Source of the DNA: Candidatus Aenigmatarchaeota archaeon
GTDB taxonomy: Archaea > Aenigmatarchaeota > Aenigmatarchaeia > Aenigmatarchaeales > Aenigmatarchaeaceae
DNA length: 64,000 nucleotides
Direction: 5' to 3'
Assembly: GCA_043814985.1 (NCBI GenBank)
Contig: JBDRJK010000014.1
Location: 1 to 64,000 of the forward strand
Positions within the stretch are counted from its first letter, which is position 1, and each line of letters opens with the position of its first letter. Below are positions 58,724 through 64,000 of the stretch, piece after piece. A model generated the notes under the pieces. It searched no databases and had not been told where the DNA came from. It saw only the letters and a program-made list of their open reading frames with translations. The translations under genes and the position numbers were made by a program.

Positions 58724-60774
58724 ACGACCTCGTATATCTTTACCTGCTCATTCCTGAACACTTGCTCGAAATGCTCTAGGCCCTGTCCCTCAAGCATGAA
58801 CATCTTGGTGAAAACAGAATCTCTCAGGGTTGGCGGTATCAATACAATGTAAGAATAATGCGCTGGTAACCATGCTGTCATTTGTATTGTCTCATTTACA
58901 AACCTGGCATTTAGCTGTCCCTCAAGAGGCTTGAGCGCTGTTATCATAGAGTTCAATTCCTCTTCAGTGAATGTTATGGAAATAGCTTCTGTCCCGTTAT
59001 AAGTTATAATCTCCTTGAATAGGGCAATGTTTATTCCTTGGACAAGCATTGGTATTGGTGGCTGGGTATTGTACACTAATATCTGTGTCTGCTGTCCCAT
59101 GTCGTAATTTCTAAACATCAAGTTTCCGTTGTTATCAGTGGACCTGGAACTTTCACCAAGCTGTATGTACAAAGGACATGATTCATCTGACACGCCGTCA
59201 CAGCCAGTACCGAAGTATTGCAGCCATCTGAATTTTCCAATCAAGTCATCAGATGCTATCCAATAGACTTTTGGAGAGGTGCCCTGGTATTTTCTTATCA
59301 ATTCCAGTGACTCGTTCTCGTTGCTGGTAACCATTATCTTTCCCAAATCCGTTATCCTGTCGTTGATTGTGTACAGGCAAGTCAACGTACAGTGAGCACC
59401 GTCTGCAAAGTTTCTACGTTCTGCAAGACCGTTGATCATATGTCCCGGATCCCACCACGTGCCGACAATAGAATTTTCCGGAGTTTCAGTCTTTAGGAAA
59501 TTCCAGGCAGCATCCCAGTTAGGGCTCATGTCAGGCCCAAGGCCTTTACCCATCTCCAAACCCATGTTTGCTATAATAAGAACTAGGAATATACTGCCAC
59601 CGATGAAAAACGATTTAACGACTTTTTCATGGTTTTTAATCCTTTCCATTAACATGCCAAAACCATATCCTATCATAGAAATAAAAATCACGCTTGTGAA
59701 CTCTGTAAATCTTATGCCCCTGACTGTCGTGTACAATCCTACAACAAACAGAGTCATAAGAAAAGCCAGGTTAAAGAATTTATTCTTTTTGTAACTGCTG
59801 TAAAAACCAAATGATATTAACAAAATAAATACCAGAAATATCAGGGAGTCAATCAAGCCATCTCCCATTGAAAACCTTCCCATTGCCAAAATCCACCCAC
59901 CCAATTCAAATATGCTGAAGGGTTGAAGTTCTGCAATGGAAATATTCACTATCCACGTTTCAGGGTTCTGTGAAAATACCATCAAAGACCTGAACGACTT
60001 TAGCGGCTCAACTCCTGTTAAAAATCCTATGACAATCAAGCCTATTAAGAGGGCAACCAGAACCTTGCTCAAGCCCTTAATTTCCTTGAAGATGTCAATA
60101 TCGGTTTTTCCAAGATTTTTCAGAACCAGACTTAAAATAATGAAAATCACTGCAGCTATCACCATTATGGCATAGGTATAGGAAAACAGTGTCCATGTCA
60201 GCATGAAGCATGAGAATGATATCAATGCCAGGCAAATGCTGCTTATAGTCTTCCTTTTCAAGGCATAAACGCCAGCGAACATTGTAAGCAGGATGAAGAA
60301 GAGAACCAATTGGTCCGTATCATAGGAACTGCCGAATGTTCTGACCAAGACCTGAGGCGCAGAAGCTACTAGGATCGCGCTAAAAAGGCCTCCATATTCG
60401 TTTGACAATTCTTTAACCAATAGAAATGCAGGAATTGCTATTATGGCACCATAAAAGGCAGATGCAAGGGCTGATGTTGTCAAAAGGCTCATGCCAAAAT
60501 TCTGCAGCAGCCAATAGAGCATGGTGGTTATATAGAACATGAGAGGGGCTGTGTAATCGTAATCAACAATTTTCCCCACATAATATGAAATTTCGTCCCA
60601 TACTGGCAGATGCCCCCAGTTTGCCATGTAATAGGTCTGCCTGTACATGAAAACAGGGTCGAATGACAATATCCTATCAGGGACTATGTTGAACGATCTT
60701 ATGTAAAAACTGAAGGCAACTATGCCTAACAGCACGAATACATACCAGTATTTTTTCAAAATATTTACTTTCAT
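58720..60774 (-). CDS. aglB: oligosaccharyltransferase AglB (STT3 family)
   Basis: FDP, YDTD, SIAE, RF, WWDPGH, DLIGK; multi-TM N-terminal half. Confidence 0.93.
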   Translation of the reverse strand: MKVNILKKYWYVFVLLGIVAFSFYIRSFNIVPDRILSFDPVFMYRQTYYMANWGHLPVWDEISYYVGKIVDYDYTAPLMFYITTMLYWLLQNFGMSLLTTSALASAFYGAIIAIPAFLLVKELSNEYGGLFSAILVASAPQVLVRTFGSSYDTDQLVLFFILLTMFAGVYALKRKTISSICLALISFSCFMLTWTLFSYTYAIMVIAAVIFIILSLVLKNLGKTDIDIFKEIKGLSKVLVALLIGLIVIGFLTGVEPLKSFRSLMVFSQNPETWIVNISIAELQPFSIFELGGWILAMGRFSMGDGLIDSLIFLVFILLISFGFYSSYKKNKFFNLAFLMTLFVVGLYTTVRGIRFTEFTSVIFISMIGYGFGMLMERIKNHEKVVKSFFIGGSIFLVLIIANMGLEMGKGLGPDMSPNWDAAWNFLKTETPENSIVGTWWDPGHMINGLAERRNFADGAHCTLTCLYTINDRITDLGKIMVTSNENESLELIRKYQGTSPKVYWIASDDLIGKFRWLQYFGTGCDGVSDESCPLYIQLGESSRSTDNNGNLMFRNYDMGQQTQILVYNTQPPIPMLVQGINIALFKEIITYNGTEAISITFTEEELNSMITALKPLEGQLNARFVNETIQMTAWLPAHYSYIVLIPPTLRDSVFTKMFMLEGQGLEHFEQVFRNEQVKIYEVV

Positions 60775-60827
60775 AATTACTAAGAAAAATTAGAAAACAA
60801 AGTATAAAAAGGTTCAGTCTTACCGTT

Positions 60828-61997
60828 CTACAACATGCCCAACAAGACAAAACTGACAGCAAATAGCACAATATTCTGCAGCAGAATCAGCAAGGCGAAC
60901 AGCTTGACCCTTCCCAGCCCCTGCAAGTAGTTGGTGTATATCATGTTAAAACCGAAAACCAGCCCAAAAGAGACTAGAGCCTTGAATATTAGCAGGCTTG
61001 GCAGATAGCTTTCGAAGAATGAGGCAAAGAGCCAGTCCGAAAACAGAATAACAAACAATATTCCAATCAAGAATACAGGTGTGTAGAGCAGGAATCCCTT
61101 CTTCAGGATATTTTTTGCATCCCCATGCCTCTTAAAGCCGTTGAGCTCTGATACTTTCGGGAACACCACAGAAGATATTGCTGTTGGAACTAGCAGTGTT
61201 GCAAAATAAAAGAGGAAGGCGAATGAAAAGTAACCGATTGCCTCCGGGGAGAAGAAGAGATTCAAGACAGGGATGATGATTGTAAACAGATTGATGATTA
61301 TCCATGTGAAATACACAGGCAAGCTGAACTTCATGAATATTTTTTTGACATCAAATTCCTCTGTTTTTTTAATCACCCCTTCTTTGAAAAAGAACTTCAA
61401 ATTGAATATGTTTCCGATTAAAAACCCGAAACTCCAGCCTAGAACTGCATAGGAGATTCCAAAGGAGCTCAGCAAGACACTAAGAACAGCAGAGCTTGTT
61501 AGCGTCAGGAACTGGGACAAGGCAAAAAGTTTGAACTTATGGAAGCCAAGGACAATGTTCTGGAAAACAATAAAGAATGTCATGCCTGCCATCAGAACCC
61601 CTGGAAACACCAGATAGTTGAGTGAGGCGTCCTTCAGGAATACTGAGGCTATTTGCTCGTTGAAAACTAGGATCAGGGCTATCAGGACTGAATAGCTGAA
61701 AATCCTTATTTTCAAGAACCATTTGATCAGGTAGCCGGCTTTTTCTCTGCTTGTACTCTTGAATTCAGAGATATATTTTGTTAAAGTTGCGTAAGCGCCG
61801 AACTCTATTAGAATAGGGAAGAACGTGAAAAGATAAGAGATGACCTTGAAGACGCCAAAATCTACAGCTCCCAGCTGGTTTGCAAGAAGCAGGTTACCAA
61901 AAAACAGGATTATGTTAGCGGAAAGGCTTGCTAAAAGTATTAAACCGCCGCTCCTTGCCAAGTCCCCTTTCAGAAGGGAAAGAATAGCCACTTTCAT
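60828..61997 (-). CDS. oligosaccharide flippase (Wzx/MOP family)
   Basis: LG..DFG, TKYIS, IGYFS, VVFPKVS; about 12 TMs. Confidence 0.88.
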   Translation of the reverse strand: MKVAILSLLKGDLARSGGLILLASLSANIILFFGNLLLANQLGAVDFGVFKVISYLFTFFPILIEFGAYATLTKYISEFKSTSREKAGYLIKWFLKIRIFSYSVLIALILVFNEQIASVFLKDASLNYLVFPGVLMAGMTFFIVFQNIVLGFHKFKLFALSQFLTLTSSAVLSVLLSSFGISYAVLGWSFGFLIGNIFNLKFFFKEGVIKKTEEFDVKKIFMKFSLPVYFTWIIINLFTIIIPVLNLFFSPEAIGYFSFAFLFYFATLLVPTAISSVVFPKVSELNGFKRHGDAKNILKKGFLLYTPVFLIGILFVILFSDWLFASFFESYLPSLLIFKALVSFGLVFGFNMIYTNYLQGLGRVKLFALLILLQNIVLFAVSFVLLGML

Positions 61998-62102
61998 TTA
62001 ATTAAATAACCTCTTTTTAAAGATAAAAGTTACTTCCTAAAAACCTTGAAAATTATAGTAATGTTTATATGGTGGGCTATAATAATATTTTTAGGTGTTG
62101 TA

Positions 62103-64000
62103 TTGAATAAAAAGGGTTTTATTAAGTTTAGTCTGCTTTCTATGGTATTTTTATCAATTATTGCAGTCATGGTCCTCTGGGTTCTACCAGCATTCGCTGA
62201 TGTTGATCCAGGAGAACTGCAGGGTTATGACTTTTGTGGTGGGTATCCTTGCCCTTCTTGGGTTAATTTGACAAGAGGAGACATGTTCTTTGCAGACGGA
62301 AATGATGTTTATATAATTGCCAACATCAGCTGTGCAAATCCCCCAGGAGAAAATATTTGTAATTCAAGCATGACTGTTGATGCCGATTTTTCCCAAATAG
62401 GAGGAAGCGATGTCCAGCCCGGTGTATTCAAGCAAAACGGAACAGATGCCAGCTGGGCTATTTTCGAGTTTAATGATACAGTAGACTTCACATCATTGTC
62501 AGTAGAACAGATTCAACCTAATAACATTACCATGAACGCAACAATTTTTAACACTACTTCTGATTCATACGAAACATATGACTTGCCCAGTTTTTTTGCT
62601 CCAGTATTGCTGGTTAACATGTCAACTTTCGGTTGCCCTTCAGAAGGTCAGCCGGGAGTCTTTTTCCCCGAGGTTCCGGGGTGGAATGCGTCAAATTCGT
62701 CTCCGGTATTTAGTCCTATACAGGCAGTGGGATGTACGCAAAACGTTTCATTGTGCTCTTATATGGACACATACGGTCCTGGGACATGGAACGGCACGCA
62801 CTGGTTGGTATGCGCACCCAACTTTGGAGGGTCAACAACAAACTTTACGGAGATAGCGGATGCAGGCAATTTCTCTGCCATACAAAACTTCACCATAGAA
62901 GTTCCGGGAAAAGCCAAAATCATTTTCCAGACAAATGTTAGTTTCGATTCCCAGCAAGAATCTCAGGCCATAATGGAATTCGCTATGAAAAGTGTTATGG
63001 GAGGAGGAAGAGTGGGAATCAATGACACGGAGTTCTGTGGAGACAGTTGCGGTCAGCCCGATAAACCTAACCTAAATCTGTCTGCAAGGTTAACAATCTA
63101 CAATGTTTCCGGCCAGTTAGGAATAACAGGAAATCCACAAATAATAAGGATGGGCTACGACGGTTCGAATCCACAATCATGCCCACCGAGCATATGTTCT
63201 GACATTATCTGGGACGGAGAGAATCTAACATTTACAGTTTCAAGCTTTTCCAGCTATCAGGCCACTGATGGTATAAACGTATCTCTTGTTTCGCCTGGAA
63301 ACACCAATTGGACGAACAACAGAACTATTAATTTTAATTACATGCCTGTTTGGAACGATTCTATGACAATGAGCAACTGCACACTTTTTGGAAACTTTAC
63401 AGGCAGCTGGGAGGCAAATGAGACCAACAGCACTCCACTTTCAAATGGCGCTACAAATATCATTTCAAACACTGTGAACGATGATGTCGCATACTTGTGG
63501 AACGTGGAATGTTATGATAACACAGGATTGGGTGATACAGGAACAACTAATTATACTGTCATGGTGGATAGCATAGCTCCAACATGGTCTAATCAAAGCT
63601 ACAATACAACACCCAATTACTCGTCATCGACACCTTCCTACTTCAACATAAGCTGGTCAGATGCCAATGGAATATCAAAAGTCATTCTGGTTGGCAACTG
63701 GTCGGGCGGTCAAGAGTATGAGATGAACAACTTGGGCGGCGACGTTTACGGCTTCAATATCACTCTACCAGCTGGTATTTATTATTGGCTGTCTTATGCA
63801 AACGACTCTTCAAACTATACAAATACATCAAACGGTTGGGCATTCATAATAGGTCAGGCATCTAATCCTGTTAGTCTTTATTTCAATGGAACCCAGAACT
63901 TAAACAAGACATACACTTATCCAGAAGCTGTTAACGCTACTGGAACATCAACCGTGTTAACACCATCTCTGTACAGAGATGGTGCATCAGTAGGAACTGA
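62103..64000 (+). CDS. large secreted surface glycoprotein (S-layer/adhesin-like), truncated by window end
   Basis: AGGTG RBS, TTG start, signal peptide MNKKGFIKF...PAFA-D; frame open to 64000 so missing from the ORF track; about 42 N-x-S/T sequons in about 630 aa (manual count). Confidence 0.88.
   Translation, partial: MNKKGFIKFSLLSMVFLSIIAVMVLWVLPAFADVDPGELQGYDFCGGYPCPSWVNLTRGDMFFADGNDVYIIANISCANPPGENICNSSMTVDADFSQIGGSDVQPGVFKQNGTDASWAIFEFNDTVDFTSLSVEQIQPNNITMNATIFNTTSDSYETYDLPSFFAPVLLVNMSTFGCPSEGQPGVFFPEVPGWNASNSSPVFSPIQAVGCTQNVSLCSYMDTYGPGTWNGTHWLVCAPNFGGSTTNFTEIADAGNFSAIQNFTIEVPGKAKIIFQTNVSFDSQQESQAIMEFAMKSVMGGGRVGINDTEFCGDSCGQPDKPNLNLSARLTIYNVSGQLGITGNPQIIRMGYDGSNPQSCPPSICSDIIWDGENLTFTVSSFSSYQATDGINVSLVSPGNTNWTNNRTINFNYMPVWNDSMTMSNCTLFGNFTGSWEANETNSTPLSNGATNIISNTVNDDVAYLWNVECYDNTGLGDTGTTNYTVMVDSIAPTWSNQSYNTTPNYSSSTPSYFNISWSDANGISKVILVGNWSGGQEYEMNNLGGDVYGFNITLPAGIYYWLSYANDSSNYTNTSNGWAFIIGQASNPVSLYFNGTQNLNKTYTYPEAVNATGTSTVLTPSLYRDGASVGT

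Noticed and set aside
717..62941. Numerous antisense or overlapping ORFs in the track (e.g. 4954+, 21332+, 30374+, 33780-, 62578+)
   Set aside because: They are shadow frames of well-supported genes, with biased Ser/Phe/Leu composition and no motifs.

Overview
Compact archaeal chromosome segment. The archaeal histone, RPA, RadA, Cdc6/Orc1, archaeal DnaG and AglB show the domain; the gene set and density suggest a DPANN lineage (inference). Layout: (i) 1-4.1 kb accessory island, including an AT-rich operon encoding a wHTH/antitoxin-like protein, a PIN protein and an unknown protein ending in a PIP-box-like motif. (ii) About 4-28 kb replication and nucleotide supercluster: histone-RPA-radA, nrdR-nrdD-nrdG with an NrdR box, dnaG, probable oriC-cdc6, a catalytically dead and shortened PolD DP1, and a PolB with a C-terminal Zn finger. 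Three long intergenic loci here share an ORB-like dyad plus a CGTGAA motif; one is a dense TTCACGTGAA array between an AAA+-wHTH ATPase and a divergent wHTH gene. (iii) secDF, then about 31 kb of surface-glycosylation genes: aglB, flippases, 6 GT2, 2 GT-C, 3 SAM methyltransferases, 7 cobalamin-dependent radical SAM enzymes and 1 SPASM-type radical SAM enzyme, ending at a very sequon-rich secreted protein. A free-standing NUMOD3/Vsr-like endonuclease sits at the 5' end of one radical SAM gene, whose N-terminus is duplicated. No rRNA, tRNA or CRISPR array was recognised. All calls come from manual motif reading; no database searches were run.
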